Origin: Acidimicrobiia bacterium
GTDB taxonomy: Bacteria > Actinomycetota > Acidimicrobiia > Spongiisociales > ZC4RG35
Direction of reading: 5' to 3'
NCBI GenBank assembly: GCA_965215185.1
Contig: OZ244034.1
Location: 1,824,001 to 1,888,000 of the forward strand
DNA: 64,000 bases
The notes under the pieces are model-generated. The model worked only from the letters and a program-made list of their open reading frames with translations, ran no database searches and was not told where the DNA came from. This document shows positions 1 to 11,145 of the stretch, one piece after another; positions within the stretch are counted from its first letter, which is position 1, and every line of letters starts with the position of its first letter. The translations under genes and the position numbers were made by a program.

Positions 1-2122
1 CTGCCGATTCGGTTAAACGCGGTAATATGGCGTTGTTCATCGCACGGTTGATGAACAAGATGACACCGTTGACCGATGGTGACCCGAGCTTGGACGACAC
101 CGTGTTCTATGGTTACACGCCTGATCGGATGTGCGAACGAGAAGGTGACGGTCAAGAACGAGGACGATGAAGAGGAAGGCCAAGCATCGGTTCGCCGTTC
201 ACCGACTTGGGTTCGGTGAGCAAGAACCAGTATGACGCTATTACCCAGTTGTACGAGTTGGGTGTTGCTTCGGGTATCTCCGACACCGCTTATGCTCCGT
301 CGGCTTTGATCACCCGTGCGGCGATGGCCGAGTTCATGGCTGCGGTGTTGGATCACTCCAACGCTCGCCCCGCTGGTGTGAGCATCCAGGCTGACAAGAC
401 CTTCGGGCTTCGGCGAATATGTGTCCACTGTGATGGTCTCTGTCCGGGATGACGATTTCGGCCCTATGTCCGATCAGTTGGTGGACATCTTCCAGAACAA
501 CTGCGAGGACCTGCGACGAGCCGCTGCATTTCATGACTTCCGGTGACGACGCCGGAAGTGCAACGGCAAGCAGTCGAGGGTGACTGTACGTGGAACACCG
601 ATGATGCATCAGACCGACGGCAACGGCAACATCTTCTTCGGTGCTGACATCGGTCCCACCGACACTGATGACCCTCGGGTCTTACCCACACCCTGTTTAT
701 GCGTGGATCGGTGACGAGGAAACCGGTGACGAGTTCAACGTGGACGAGACGACTACAACGTCGGTCTGGATCTTGAGTTACACACCCGCCGAGGAAAACG
801 TTGAAGTCAGCACTTCGATCAACGAGGAAGCCACTATCCAACCCTCTCCGTGACACGAAGAGGGTGGACTCCTGGCCAACTGGCTGGCCAGCACGGTGAA
901 CTTGGCCTCCACGAAGTTCCGTGTCACCGTCAACTCCGGCCAACTGTGAAGACACAGACGGTGACGGTGGACAACTGCGCTGATGTGGAGCGTCGGCGTC
1001 GAAGTGACGGCTGGACCCGGGAGGTCACTTTGACCGCGACGGACCGACGACCGATGATGGTCAACCCACCGTGTCAACCCGGCCGCCGTCCGACGAAGGG
1101 CATTGTTCGACCCGAGAACACAGCGATGAGGCTGACCAGGACCACCAACGACGACGGTACGGTCACGTTTGTTGTTGATGCTCCCAGGAACATCAAGAGC
1201 GACGAGTACCAGGATGTGGTCGACTGGTCACGTTCACGGTCCGAGCCGACGGCGAAGACGGCGACGGTGAGACACCATGGGCCCTTCACGATCAACTGGG
1301 TTGAGGACACACCAGTGCTCACCAGACACGACCATCGTTTCGGCTACCGACTATGTGATAGTCGACGGGACGGTGATAACCACGATGTCAACATCAGCGT
1401 CTCTCTCCGCCTCTACGACCAGTACGGCAACGGTATCCGCCAGAACCGAGAACGGCAACGCCTACCATCGTCACGATGAGATTGACCAGACGGTCACGGC
1501 ACCGACTACGTGACAGACATCGAAGGTGATGGCGACGAATGTCAGAGTCGGTGGCAATCTCGACAAGACCCGAGCGTCAGTTCCAGCAGCAGCCGCCGCG
1601 GCCGCGGCATGGCCAGAGCACTGGTCGCTGGACAACATCGTCAACAACGGGCACAACTGACGTGACCTTACGCGGTCGCTGAGCAGCCCGGTAAGGACGC
1701 TGAACGGCGACTCGACTAGACGAGGATGACACCAGGGCCGTGATGCCAACGGTGTTCAGATCACCTACGTCGACGGTGACGACACTGCCGGTGCACAGAC
1801 CGAGGCAGAACATCACCGTTTACTGTGGCTGCCGAGAAAGGACGGCGACGACACCCAAGTCGACAGTCGCTGCGACTCGGCTGACGATGACTCGCCGGCG
1901 ACAGCACTTCGGACCGCTATGGCGTGACGATGACGTTCTTCATGGTGAGTTGTACGCCATGGACGACAACGACACGTACATCGAACGACGACTGTTGCCC
2001 CAGATTGCGAGGTGTTCCGACCCGAACTCTCCGTCGACGACGGATTTAGAGTCGTCATCTACTACGCCAAGACGAGTCCACAATCTGTCCAGCATCTTCG
2101 ACACGACTGCCCGGAGGCCTAG
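1..2122 (+). pseudogene. SLH-domain surface (S-layer-like) protein, 5'-truncated by the window edge and broken into many frames
   Basis: SLH-like motif 'AITQLYELGVASG...YAPSALITRAAMAEFMAAVL' (207-452). Acidic, Thr/Asp-rich beta-strand-like fragments continue in shifting frames (641-853, 850-1479 'LRLYDQYGN'). A terminator follows. The dense frameshifts may be sequence error. Confidence 0.6.
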
Positions 2123-2164
2123 GCCCACCGACAAAAACGAAAAGCAACCGCTCTACAACCCCGA

Positions 2165-2192
2165 AAGGAGGCTCCCCCCGGGGAGCCTCCTT
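2165..2192 (+). terminator. Intrinsic terminator-like hairpin
   Basis: AAGGAGGCTCCC / GGGAGCCTCCTT perfect 12-bp stem right after the SLH gene. Confidence 0.7.
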
Positions 2193-3027
2193 CTCTATGC
2201 CAAATAGGGGTGTTCGGTAACTTTCGGTTCAGAAACGCCGGTAATAGTCAGCACCGCCCCGGTCGTCCGATGGGAACGGGTCGTCCCAGCCTGAGGCTTC
2301 TCCCCGGACGGCAGCAGCCCGTCCGTCCTCCGCATCACCGACAGAAGCGCCGCCGTCAGACCCAAACGCCTCGTCCCCGAGGGGGTGTGCGGGTCCGGCC
2401 TGAGGCTACCCACCACGGTGGGGCAACTTCCCCAGGCCATCTAAAGCCCCCATTTCCCCACTCGTCCGAGGGAAAATTTTGCGCGATAAATGCCGTTAAC
2501 GCGCAAAACCGCATACGCATGATCCGCTAGGTTGGTGCGTATGGATTCCAGCCTCGCCCGACCCGATTCCGGCACCTCCCTCCAACGACCGAAGCCCTAG
2601 GCCCGGCCGCCGGTCTCGGGCAGCCGCCCGGCAGAGAGCCTATAGGAACCGCTTAGCCGTCGTGCACCCTCCCGATGGGCGGCCGACACTGCAGCGCGGC
2701 CCATCCGCCTGATAGGCACGGCGGGTCTCCATCGAGCGGGAACTGGCCAGGTTGTACCGACCCCGGGTTCCGGGAGCTGAAGTTGCATGACTCCGAGCCG
2801 TTTACCCGACGCCTGGGACACCGGGGCACCGCAATTCCAAAGAAAAGGGGGGTTATATCGGATGGTGCCCAACCCTAGAGAAGGGGGTTAGCGGCCCATG
2901 AGCGTGGCGGCTAGTTCCTCGGGGGTCGCCTCGACGGCGATGGGTTCGTTGAGTTCGTCTTCGGTGGGTTGGTGGTGGGGGTCGTCCCAGCCGTCCCACC
3001 GGTCCGGTTTGCGGCGCTTCGGTGCGG

Positions 3028-3213
3028 TCATCTAATCGCCATGAGCGAGATGTAGAGGCGCCCGCCGCCCGTGTCGTCAATCAAGATGCGCGCTTCGGGA
3101 TGATTCCGAACGAACTCTCTAACCTTCTCCTCCACGCTCGCCCAGGCAGCGTCGAAGTCATCGAACTCGTCCTGCAGTTCGATCCGAGTCTGTGTCACCA
3201 CCTGCATGCTCAT
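3028..3213 (-). CDS. Small hypothetical protein (61 aa)
   Basis: ATG overlaps the stop of the upstream ORF, with GGAGG upstream; protein-like composition. Confidence 0.55.
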   Translation of the reverse strand: MSMQVVTQTRIELQDEFDDFDAAWASVEEKVREFVRNHPEARILIDDTGGGRLYISLMAIR

Positions 3214-3431
3214 TGTGCCTCCTGCATTTGAACCATGTCCATTAGCACGTCATGGAACGCACCGATCCACTTGCGAAGTTCATCGACTTGTGCTTCGACT
3301 TCTTCCAGCCGTGCACTGGTCGCGTCGCCCGTTGTCGCCATGTCACGCTTGTCGCCGATTGCCTTCATGGTGGGGCCGTCGGGAGCGGTAGCCATGGTCG
3401 GGTTTGCCTTTCGGTGCTGTGAGGTTGTCAA
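3210..3431 (-). CDS. Small coiled-coil hypothetical protein
   Basis: Heptad-like 'RLEEVEAQVDELRKWI'; coupled to the 61-aa ORF; start uncertain. Confidence 0.45.
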   Translation of the reverse strand: MTTSQHRKANPTMATAPDGPTMKAIGDKRDMATTGDATSARLEEVEAQVDELRKWIGAFHDVLMDMVQMQEAQ

Positions 3432-3625
3432 CCACGGTAGAGCCTAGGCGGCGGGTCTGCCACCACGGTGGCAAGCGGGGTTTAGAAGCCGTAGTCGGTG
3501 ACGCGGATGATGTTGCAGTCGAGGCCCATGTCGGCCCATGAGGATCGTGCCCGTGCGAGTCGAGAACCGCGACCGGCAGCCCCGACACCGGAACCGCTGC
3601 GACGGATGCCGCGCCCCGTCCTGCA

Positions 3626-4061
3626 CGTTAACGAGCCTTTTCAGGAGTGGCGTTAGTAGCGGGCCACCGCTCCCCGATCGGCCGCCTGGGAACGAGTGTT
3701 ACGGATGATCATCGCCGGGGCCCGCCATCGTCCGGCCACACAAAATTCGGGCAGGCCGGTGCCCGAAGCGGCCAGATCCTGGGCCATGCCTACTAGTAGG
3801 GAGTGGCCGGAAGCCTCCAATCCCACCGCCTCTGCTCGGAGGGTGATCACCCGTCCTACCGAATCCCGAACATAATAGGGAGTTAGTCCCAAGGCACCGT
3901 CTGGGATTAGGGACTCTTTTGATCTTGTCCCCGAGGTCGGTCGGCGTCAAACGTCAACTCGAGTTTTGTGATGAGCATTCATCGCTCAGTCACTCTTTGC
4001 AGCCACATTGCCCACCGACACCGTGGCCTCTTCATCAGGGGTGTTTTCCCGTCGTCCCCAC
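3626..4061 (-). pseudogene. Degenerate 3' fragment of a Cre-like tyrosine recombinase (copy A)
   Basis: Translates 'GHSLLVGMAQDLAASG...AGRW...TRSQAADRGAVARY', homologous to the C-terminus of 13227-13676; its reverse complement aligns with 11759-12214. Confidence 0.75.
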
Positions 4062-4093
4062 CAAGACAATCCCTACCCGCCGCCCTGTTTCGT

Positions 4094-4864
4094 TCAAGCA
4101 CCCGGCAGTGGGTGTATGTCAGCCGCGTTGAAGGTGTAGTTGAAACGTCGGCACCAGATGGCCACTGTTTGGTAGTCCTCCAGGTTCACGTCGGCGGGTA
4201 CCTCGTAGTTCTGGTTGCCTTTGTTGCCCTTCAGGTCACCCAAAGAGAGGTACTCCACCGCCGAATACGCGTTTTGGTCGTTCACCAGGGACGAGGCGGA
4301 GAGGATTACCAGAAGATCAGGTCCGTTAGACACAGCCAAGTCCTCAAACCGAATGACATGCGAGCCGTCAGGTTGACGGTACACCAGCACCGTGCCCGTG
4401 CCGGGATGTCCCAGGCTGATCCACTCCGAGGAGGACAGCAACACCGGCCCCTCGGGCACCGCTTCGGTGGTGGTTGTGATCTCAGGCGCCACGGTCGTGG
4501 TAGGAACTGCCGTAGTAGTAGTGGGGATGTCCTCAGCAGCAGCCATGGTGGTGGTTGGTGATTCATCTTGGTCGTCTTGAACCTCGGGCTCTATGGCCAT
4601 GGTGGTAGTGGTCACAGAATCGGTAGGAGCAGCGGTTGTCGGAGGCAAAGTGATGGCGGGTACCTCGGTAACCACCGTTGCGGCGGTGGTGGTTGTTGTG
4701 GCAACCGCCACCGGCGCTGGGAAGTCTTCGTTCACTTCCTCATCGATAAACAGTTTGTGAGGTTCGAAGTAGGCGATGGCGAAGATCCCCGTCGCTACCA
4801 CCAACAGGGCCAGCGTGATCTTTGCCCGAGTGCTGAGTCCCAACAGAAAACGAAAGAAACGCAT
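4094..4864 (-). CDS. DM13-domain exported protein with Thr-rich linker
   Basis: N-terminal TM, 'LFIDEEVNE', and DM13 motifs 'NGPDLLVILS', 'LGDLKGNKGNQNY', 'IWCRRF'. Confidence 0.85.
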   Translation of the reverse strand: MRFFRFLLGLSTRAKITLALLVVATGIFAIAYFEPHKLFIDEEVNEDFPAPVAVATTTTTAATVVTEVPAITLPPTTAAPTDSVTTTTMAIEPEVQDDQDESPTTTMAAAEDIPTTTTAVPTTTVAPEITTTTEAVPEGPVLLSSSEWISLGHPGTGTVLVYRQPDGSHVIRFEDLAVSNGPDLLVILSASSLVNDQNAYSAVEYLSLGDLKGNKGNQNYEVPADVNLEDYQTVAIWCRRFNYTFNAADIHPLPGA

Positions 4865-4886
4865 CAAAGGTCAACCTCGCTTCAGT

Positions 4887-6395
4887 TCAACGGGACAGGT
4901 CGGGGTCATCTTGGATCATCCGGGTGCGGATGGTGAAAACCGAATCTCCCGAGAGGACTGCTCCCCGCCCGAAGAGCCGGCCCTGCTCCCAGTTGGAGAG
5001 TCCCAGTTCGGGACGGCCCAGGGCGAACTGGCCGTCCACCCAGCGGGTGAAGCCGTTGCCTACGAAGGGAGAGTCCACGGTTCCGTAGAAACGCTCCTGA
5101 GCAGCGGGATCGTCATCAATCAGGCTGGCCACCAGCTTGGGACTGTGGGTGTTGAAAAGCTCCACCGCCTGTTCCACGCTGTCCACCACCGTCAAGGTCA
5201 CCTCGGGGCTCTCCTCCCACTCCCATTCGATGCCCAGGCGATCGTGAGGAAGAGTGTCAGTTATCGGCTCGGTCACCTCACCTTCGGCTCTCGTGACCGC
5301 ACCCGAGCGGAACCAGTGATCCGGAAGCAATTCTTCGTCCCCTTCTGTGACCCACAGCTTGGGATTGACCCCTCGCCGCTTCGCGGCGCTCGTCAAAGCG
5401 TCGAGGAACACCGGCGCCAACTCTTCCGACCGCGAACGCACAATGGCGCACACGTTAAGGGTGTTGCAAACTTTGCGGTCCAACGAGTTGCGAACCGCCG
5501 CCGCGAACCGCGACGGATCGGCGTTGGTACCCGCCACCATCCAAGAGCCACCGGTGCCGTGCAGGCTCACCGCGATGCCACTTTGGCGAGCCACCGCACC
5601 CAGTTGGCCAACCGCTTTGCCTGACCCGCGGGCTACAGCCAGAGAGAGCTTGGGTTGAGAAAAAAGCGCCCATCCCGCCGCATGTGACGGACTGTCCACC
5701 AAGCTGACCGCCCCCTCGGGAAGGCCCGCTTCTGCCAAGGCCGGATCCAAGGCATGTTCAACGATCGCCCGGGCGGTGCCCAACGCTGCGGAGCCGATCC
5801 GAAACACCACTGTGTTGCCGGAACGAAGCACTCCGGTGGCGTCGGCGAACACGTTGGGACGGCCCTCGAACACGAACCCCACAACTCCCAGACCCGATCG
5901 CACCAACTGCGCTTCCCAGCCGGGATGGGGAACTCTTTCAATGATCTCCCCCCGGCCCGACGTAGCGTCTCGCCAGGTAAGAAGCCCATCCAACATGTTG
6001 GAACGCATCTTCTCCGACAAGACCAGCCGGGTAGTGGTCCTCCCTTGAGCCTGAGCCTTCTCCAAATCGGCGCGGTTGGCCTCGGCGATGGGAGCAAATG
6101 CGGCGTCGTCTGCCAATAGCCGGGCAAATGCCTCGTAAAAAGCAGTTATTTGCTGATCGGTGACCTCCCCCATCACAGAAAACGCCCGATGAGCCCGACT
6201 AACCGCCCGAGCCGCGATACCCCAATCGGAAGAAGGAATGCGCAGAATATCCCCCGTGGACTGCACCACCACCAACCGGTCCCCAGGCGCAAAAACCGAA
6301 GCCAACTCCTCACTGACCACCGTCACCCGGTCTCCCCCAAAGGGAATGGCCATTCCGGGCATCAAACTCGTCAACTGATCTTTCATCTGGCTCAA
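4887..6395 (-). CDS. proA: Gamma-glutamyl phosphate reductase-like protein (ALDH superfamily)
   Basis: 'GVVGFVFEGRPNVFADA', 'KVCNTLN', 'NGFTRWVDGQFALGRPELGLS' match ProA motifs. Confidence 0.75.
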   Translation of the reverse strand: MSQMKDQLTSLMPGMAIPFGGDRVTVVSEELASVFAPGDRLVVVQSTGDILRIPSSDWGIAARAVSRAHRAFSVMGEVTDQQITAFYEAFARLLADDAAFAPIAEANRADLEKAQAQGRTTTRLVLSEKMRSNMLDGLLTWRDATSGRGEIIERVPHPGWEAQLVRSGLGVVGFVFEGRPNVFADATGVLRSGNTVVFRIGSAALGTARAIVEHALDPALAEAGLPEGAVSLVDSPSHAAGWALFSQPKLSLAVARGSGKAVGQLGAVARQSGIAVSLHGTGGSWMVAGTNADPSRFAAAVRNSLDRKVCNTLNVCAIVRSRSEELAPVFLDALTSAAKRRGVNPKLWVTEGDEELLPDHWFRSGAVTRAEGEVTEPITDTLPHDRLGIEWEWEESPEVTLTVVDSVEQAVELFNTHSPKLVASLIDDDPAAQERFYGTVDSPFVGNGFTRWVDGQFALGRPELGLSNWEQGRLFGRGAVLSGDSVFTIRTRMIQDDPDLSR

Positions 6396-6434
6396 AAGGA
6401 TACCGGAGCGAAAAGAAAACCCGGGACGCTGTTT

Positions 6435-6650
6435 CTAAAGAGACCGCAACAAGATCCACCGCACTTTCAATGGCCCGAACACCATCCAAAGCGTTCGCCT
6501 GGTGCTTCGGTACATCTCGTCGACTTCAGTGCGGAGGCCGGGCCAGTCCTGATCGATGTTCGTGTCCAATCGGTCCAACTTCCCTTCTGACCCGGCTCTT
6601 GATGTCTCCTCCCCTGCTACCTCTTGGTCAGCATCGAATACCTCCACTGT
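6435..6650 (-). pseudogene. Degenerate small coiled-coil protein with C-terminal hydrophobic tail
   Basis: 'EGKLDRLDTNIDQ...LWMVFG...ILLRSL' resembles the adjacent 6665-6903 product. Confidence 0.35.
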
Positions 6651-6664
6651 CAGCCACTCTCCTT

Positions 6665-6903
6665 CTAGAAGAACCTCAACAGAATCCCCACCGCCCCCAT
6701 CGCGCCCGCCGCAATCCAGATCATCCGTATCACCCCTACTGCACACCCTTCATCTGCACTTGCAAGTCGGCTTTGACCTGGTCGATCTTGCCGTCCAGCC
6801 GGTCGATCTTTCTCTCTAGGTCGTATTTGGCCGACATCAAGTCGCCTCGGGTAGCGGACGCCGACCAATCACTCTCTGCGATTGGGACACTTGCAGACTT
6901 CAT
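6665..6903 (-). pseudogene. Small coiled-coil, C-terminally anchored protein (DUF1640/CCDC90-like), frameshifted
   Basis: RBS + ATG 6903: MKSASVPIAESDWSASATRGDLMSAKYDLERKIDRLDGKIDQVKADL...; the TM tail 'VIRMIWIAAGAMGAVGILLRFF' is in another frame. Confidence 0.5.
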
Positions 6904-7022
6904 TTCCCCTCTTTCACCATCGTCTTATCCCCTAGGATATTTCACCCTAACACTTGGCCCTCGCCGTCTTCAGAGGTCAAGCAGAATCCGCCTCTAACGG
7001 GTGGGTATACTTTTCAACGGGT

Positions 7023-7424
7023 ATGGAACTGGTCGACTATTTACCGGTGGCGGTGATGCTGGTGCTGGCCACCGTGTTCGTGGGAGTGTCTATGGTTGTC
7101 TCACGGCTGATGTCGCCCCATCGCCCCACTCCCGAAAAACTTGCTCCCTACGAGTGCGGAATCATCGCCGAGGGAGAGCCCAGCACCCGCTTTCCCATCA
7201 AGTTTTACCTGGTGGCCATGCTGTTTGTGGTTTTCGATGTGGAGATCATCTTCCTCTTTGCCTGGGCCTCTCGCTTCAACAGCCTGGGATGGTTCGGGAT
7301 CGGAGCAATGGCCATTTTCACCTTCTTTGTGATAGAGACACTGATTTATGTTTGGAAGCGCGGCGCCCTGGACTGGAACACCCCCGGACGCAGGCGCTAC
7401 CTTCCCACCGGGGGGATGAACTAG
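7023..7424 (+). CDS. nuoA: NADH-quinone oxidoreductase subunit A
   Basis: 'KLAPYECG', '[18 protein letters not shown]', 'WKRGALDW'. Confidence 0.95.
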   Translation: MELVDYLPVAVMLVLATVFVGVSMVVSRLMSPHRPTPEKLAPYECGIIAEGEPSTRFPIKFYLVAMLFVVFDVEIIFLFAWASRFNSLGWFGIGAMAIFTFFVIETLIYVWKRGALDWNTPGRRRYLPTGGMN

Positions 7425-7426
7425 CC

Positions 7427-7900
7427 ATGGCCCGCAGGTCGTCTCCGGGAAATATCGTCACCACCACCATCGACTGGGCGGCCCGTTGGGCGCAGACCCA
7501 GTCGATGTGGCCGGCCACTTTCGGGCTGGCCTGTTGCGCCATCGAGATGATGGCCACCGGAACCGCCCATCACGACCTGGCTCGTTTCGGGATGGAAGTG
7601 TTCCGCGCTTCGCCCCGCCAGGCCGACCTGATGATCGTGGCGGGAAGGGTGAGCCAGAAGATGGCGCCGGTGCTCCGCCAGGTGTACGACCAGATGCCCG
7701 AACCCAAGTGGGTGATCTCGATGGGCGCCTGCGCATCCACGGGGGGAATGTTCAACAATTACGCGCTGGTGCAGGGAGTCGATCAGGTGGTGCCGGTTGA
7801 CATGTACGTCCCGGGATGCCCCCCGGGTCCCCAAAGCCTCATGCACGGGATTCTCACCCTGCAACGGCAGATCATGGCTGGCTCAAAGGCCCTGGCTTAA
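7427..7900 (+). CDS. nuoB: NADH-quinone oxidoreductase subunit B
   Basis: '[11 protein letters not shown]', 'RASPRQAD', 'YVPGCPP'. Confidence 0.97.
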   Translation: MARRSSPGNIVTTTIDWAARWAQTQSMWPATFGLACCAIEMMATGTAHHDLARFGMEVFRASPRQADLMIVAGRVSQKMAPVLRQVYDQMPEPKWVISMGACASTGGMFNNYALVQGVDQVVPVDMYVPGCPPGPQSLMHGILTLQRQIMAGSKALA

Positions 7901-8379
7901 TGTCTGAGAACTCGGTTCTCGACCCGGTGATGGCGCGGTTCTCCGAAGCCCGCTGGGAGATATCAGAGAGCCAGTGGCTGGTGGATGTGGACCGGCCCCA
8001 ACTCGCCGACTTGGCCGCGGCCTGCAAGGAAGCCGGGTTCGAGGTGTGCGTTGACATCACCGCGGTGGACTGGTACCGACTGCGTCGCACCCGTTTCCAA
8101 GTGGTGGTGAACCTGCTATCTCATCAACACCGGCGGAGGTTGCGGATCACCACCGGTGTGCCCCGCAATGACCCGACGGTCCCCTCGCTGTGTTCGGTGT
8201 ACCCCGGGGCGGGCTTTCCCGAACGGGAGGTCTACGACCTGTTCGGGATCATCTTCGAAGGCCATCCCGACCTGACCCGGATTATGATGCCCGACGACTG
8301 GGAGGGCCATCCCCTCCGCAAGGACTACTCGGTGGGCTCGGTCCCGGTTCGTTTCAAGGCCTCTCACCAGGTGATCTGA
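7900..8379 (+). CDS. nuoC: NADH-quinone oxidoreductase subunit C
   Basis: 'EREVYDLFGIIFEGHPDLTRIMMPDDWEGHPLRKDY'. Confidence 0.95.
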   Translation: MSENSVLDPVMARFSEARWEISESQWLVDVDRPQLADLAAACKEAGFEVCVDITAVDWYRLRRTRFQVVVNLLSHQHRRRLRITTGVPRNDPTVPSLCSVYPGAGFPEREVYDLFGIIFEGHPDLTRIMMPDDWEGHPLRKDYSVGSVPVRFKASHQVI

Positions 8380-8380
8380 G

Positions 8381-9724
8381 ATGGTCGACCAGGACACGAC
8401 CTATGTGGAGACCTGGGTGTCGGGCACCGAACAGCCCGACGCGGCGGCCACCGGCGAGGGCGCCCAGGAGATGGCCGTCAACGAAAGCGAATACCGGTTC
8501 CGCGAACAACTGGGAGCGGTGGTAACCAACGACTACCTGTACGAAGAACACGTCGCCGAAGACGAGCGGATGATCATCAACATGGGGCCCCAGCATCCCT
8601 CCACCCACGGGGTGTTGCGTCTGCAACTGGAGTTGGAGGGGGAGATGATCAAGCGGTGCCGTCCGGTGATCGGATACCTGCACACCGGCATGGAGAAGAC
8701 TGCGGAGACTCTCACCTTCATGCAGGGTCCCACCAACGTGACCCGCATGGACTACCTGGCACCCCTTCACAATGAACTGGTCTTTTCGCTGGCGACAGAA
8801 CAACTTCTGGAGGTGGAGGTCCCGCCCCGGGCGGCTGCCATCCGGGTGCTGATGACCGAACTCAACCGGGTGTCTTCGCACCTGGTGGCGCTGGCCACCA
8901 ACGGGATGGATATCGGGGCGATCTCCATGATGATGTACGGGTTCCGGGAGCGGGAGTCGATCCTGGCTTTCTTCGAGAAGACCACCGGGCTTCGGATGAA
9001 CCACAACTACATCCGCCCCGGCGGGGTCGCCGCCGATCTGGCGCCGGGATGGCGCAAGGATGTGGCCGCGATCCTCAAAGACATTCCCAAGCGACTGGTC
9101 CAGTACGACGATCTTCTGCGACACAACCCCATCTGGTTGGCTCGCACCAAGGGTGTGGGGGTGATCAACGCCGAAGAATGTCGGGCCTACGGAATCACCG
9201 GACCCATCCTGAGAGCCACCGGAGTGGATTGGGATCTGCGCAAGGTGTTTCCCTATTCGGGCATCGAGCAATACGACTTCGATGTGCCGGTAAGGACTGC
9301 GGGAGATGTCTACGACCGCTACCGGGTAAGGGTGGAAGAGATCACCCAGTCGCTTCGCATCGTGGAGCAGGTTGCCGAGATGATGCCGCTGGGCGATTAC
9401 CGGGTCAACGACCGGAAGGTGACGCCTCCGCCTCGGGCGCGGATCGACGAGTCCATGGAGGCGCTCATCCACCACTTCAAGATCTTCACCGAGGGCTTCC
9501 GGGCGCCGGCGGGCGAAACCTATGCCGCAGTGGAGTCGCCCCGCGGAGAGCTGGGATGTTATCTGGTCTCCGACGGGGGCGGAAAGCCCTGGCGGTGTCA
9601 CATCCGGGCGCCGTCCTTCTATAACCTGCAGGCGTTGCCGGTGATGCTGGCCGACTCGATGGTGGCCGACACCATCGCCACCATCGCCTCGCTGGATCCG
9701 GTGATGGGAGACGTGGACCGCTAG
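8381..9724 (+). CDS. nuoD: NADH-quinone oxidoreductase subunit D
   Basis: 'NMGPQHPSTHGVLRL', 'IGYLHTGMEK', C-terminal 'DPVMGDVDR'. Confidence 0.97.
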   Translation: MVDQDTTYVETWVSGTEQPDAAATGEGAQEMAVNESEYRFREQLGAVVTNDYLYEEHVAEDERMIINMGPQHPSTHGVLRLQLELEGEMIKRCRPVIGYLHTGMEKTAETLTFMQGPTNVTRMDYLAPLHNELVFSLATEQLLEVEVPPRAAAIRVLMTELNRVSSHLVALATNGMDIGAISMMMYGFRERESILAFFEKTTGLRMNHNYIRPGGVAADLAPGWRKDVAAILKDIPKRLVQYDDLLRHNPIWLARTKGVGVINAEECRAYGITGPILRATGVDWDLRKVFPYSGIEQYDFDVPVRTAGDVYDRYRVRVEEITQSLRIVEQVAEMMPLGDYRVNDRKVTPPPRARIDESMEALIHHFKIFTEGFRAPAGETYAAVESPRGELGCYLVSDGGGKPWRCHIRAPSFYNLQALPVMLADSMVADTIATIASLDPVMGDVDR

Positions 9725-9726
9725 GC

Positions 9727-10566
9727 ATGGAACGGCGGCGGATCTGGCTGGAGGGGTCGGCCGTTTCGGTTTCCGTGGAGGGCTCTGAGTTGCTTGCCGA
9801 TGACGGGCGTCGGGTACCCGAGTCGGAAGCCGTCTACCTTCCGCCGGTGACACCGCAGAAGATCGTCTGCATTCACCTCAACTACCGAAGCCGGGTGGCT
9901 GAATACCAGTTGCCGACACCCTCAACGCCCACCTACTTCCACAAGCCGGTCAGTTCACTCAACAGCCACCGGGGAAAGGTCATCCGTCCCAAAGGATGTC
10001 GCTTCCTCAACTACGAGGGAGAGATCGCCATCGTGATGGGACACAAGTGCCGGGGCGCGAGCCGGGAGCAGGCTTTCGATTACATCGGCGGCTACACCAT
10101 CGCCAACGACTTCGGCATCCACGACTTCCGGGATACCGACGCGGGGTCAATGCTGCGGGTCAAAGGTTCGGACAGCCTATGCCCCGTGGGCCCGGGGGTG
10201 GTAACCGACTGGGATCCGGTCGGCAAGTCGATTCGTACATACGTGAACAACGAGTTGCGCCAGGAGGGCAACACCGCAGAGATGATCTGGGACTTCTCCT
10301 ACCTGGTCGCTGACTTGGCCCGGACCATCACGCTAATGCCCGGCGACCTGATCCTTTCGGGCACACCCGCCTACTCCCGACCGGTAGAGCCCGGCGATGT
10401 GGTAACAGTGGAGGTGGAAGGCCTGGGAGCCCTCATCAACACCGTGGCTGAAGGCGGAGGAATCGACCCGACTGTGGGCGCCCAGCCCACCCGCTCTGAA
10501 GAAGTGGTTTCCACCGCCTTGGGAGGCGATTGGGAATTCCGGGGTATTCGTCGCCCTCGTCGCTGA
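9727..10566 (+). CDS. Fumarylacetoacetate hydrolase family protein
   Basis: 'NYEGEIAIV', 'YTIAND', 'TLMPGDLILSGTP'. Confidence 0.9.
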   Translation: MERRRIWLEGSAVSVSVEGSELLADDGRRVPESEAVYLPPVTPQKIVCIHLNYRSRVAEYQLPTPSTPTYFHKPVSSLNSHRGKVIRPKGCRFLNYEGEIAIVMGHKCRGASREQAFDYIGGYTIANDFGIHDFRDTDAGSMLRVKGSDSLCPVGPGVVTDWDPVGKSIRTYVNNELRQEGNTAEMIWDFSYLVADLARTITLMPGDLILSGTPAYSRPVEPGDVVTVEVEGLGALINTVAEGGGIDPTVGAQPTRSEEVVSTALGGDWEFRGIRRPRR

Positions 10567-10704
10567 AGGTTTGCTGAGTTGTTCCATGTATCGCTAAGAA
10601 TATTCAAGGTGTGTTATCGTTGACGACAGGGTGAAGTTACGGCTATGCTAGACCTTGCAGGGTCCTCAAGAGGACAAGGCGATAAGACCCGAAGGAGGGA
10701 TGTG

Positions 10705-10946
10705 ATGTCAGTGGGGACGGTGATTGCCGAGAACGATTGGGCGGGGAGACCGGCTACCAAGCAGACTTGATGCTGGTTCAAGGTGATCTGAAAGGGATGA
10801 TCAAGGATGTGGAGGGGATCGCCAAGGACCTTCGGGTTGAACTCAGCAGTGAGATCGCCAAGCTGCACGTCTCCATGGCGTGGATGACCTTAGGCGTAGC
10901 CACTGGCTTGGCGAGTTTGATGACCCTATTCCAATTCCTTTCATAA
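10705..10946 (+). pseudogene. Small coiled-coil, C-terminally anchored protein (DUF1640/CCDC90-like), 1-nt frameshift
   Basis: AGGAGG RBS, then MSVGTVIAENDWAGRPATK|ADLMLVQGDL...MAWMTLGVATGLASLMTLFQFLS; paralog of 6665-6903. Confidence 0.55.
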
Positions 10947-11145
10947 ACAAAGTGCGAAGCCAGACACCCCCTGGCTGATCTGGAATCGACCCCTGCGGAC
11001 AGGCAGCAGGCACAAACGTCGGCAACACGAAAACGGTGTCCAAACATTTGGGTAGAGTGCATGGAGAGCCTTGGTAGCAAATAGTCGACACGATCTTTCT
11101 TGTTCCTTCGAGCAGCCTTGGACAAGTCTGGCATGTGGAGGTTTG

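Noticed and set aside
1-2130. Biologically programmed fragmentation of the S-layer gene
   Set aside because: The many scattered indels look like low-quality sequence, possibly near a contig end, and cannot be interpreted without reads.
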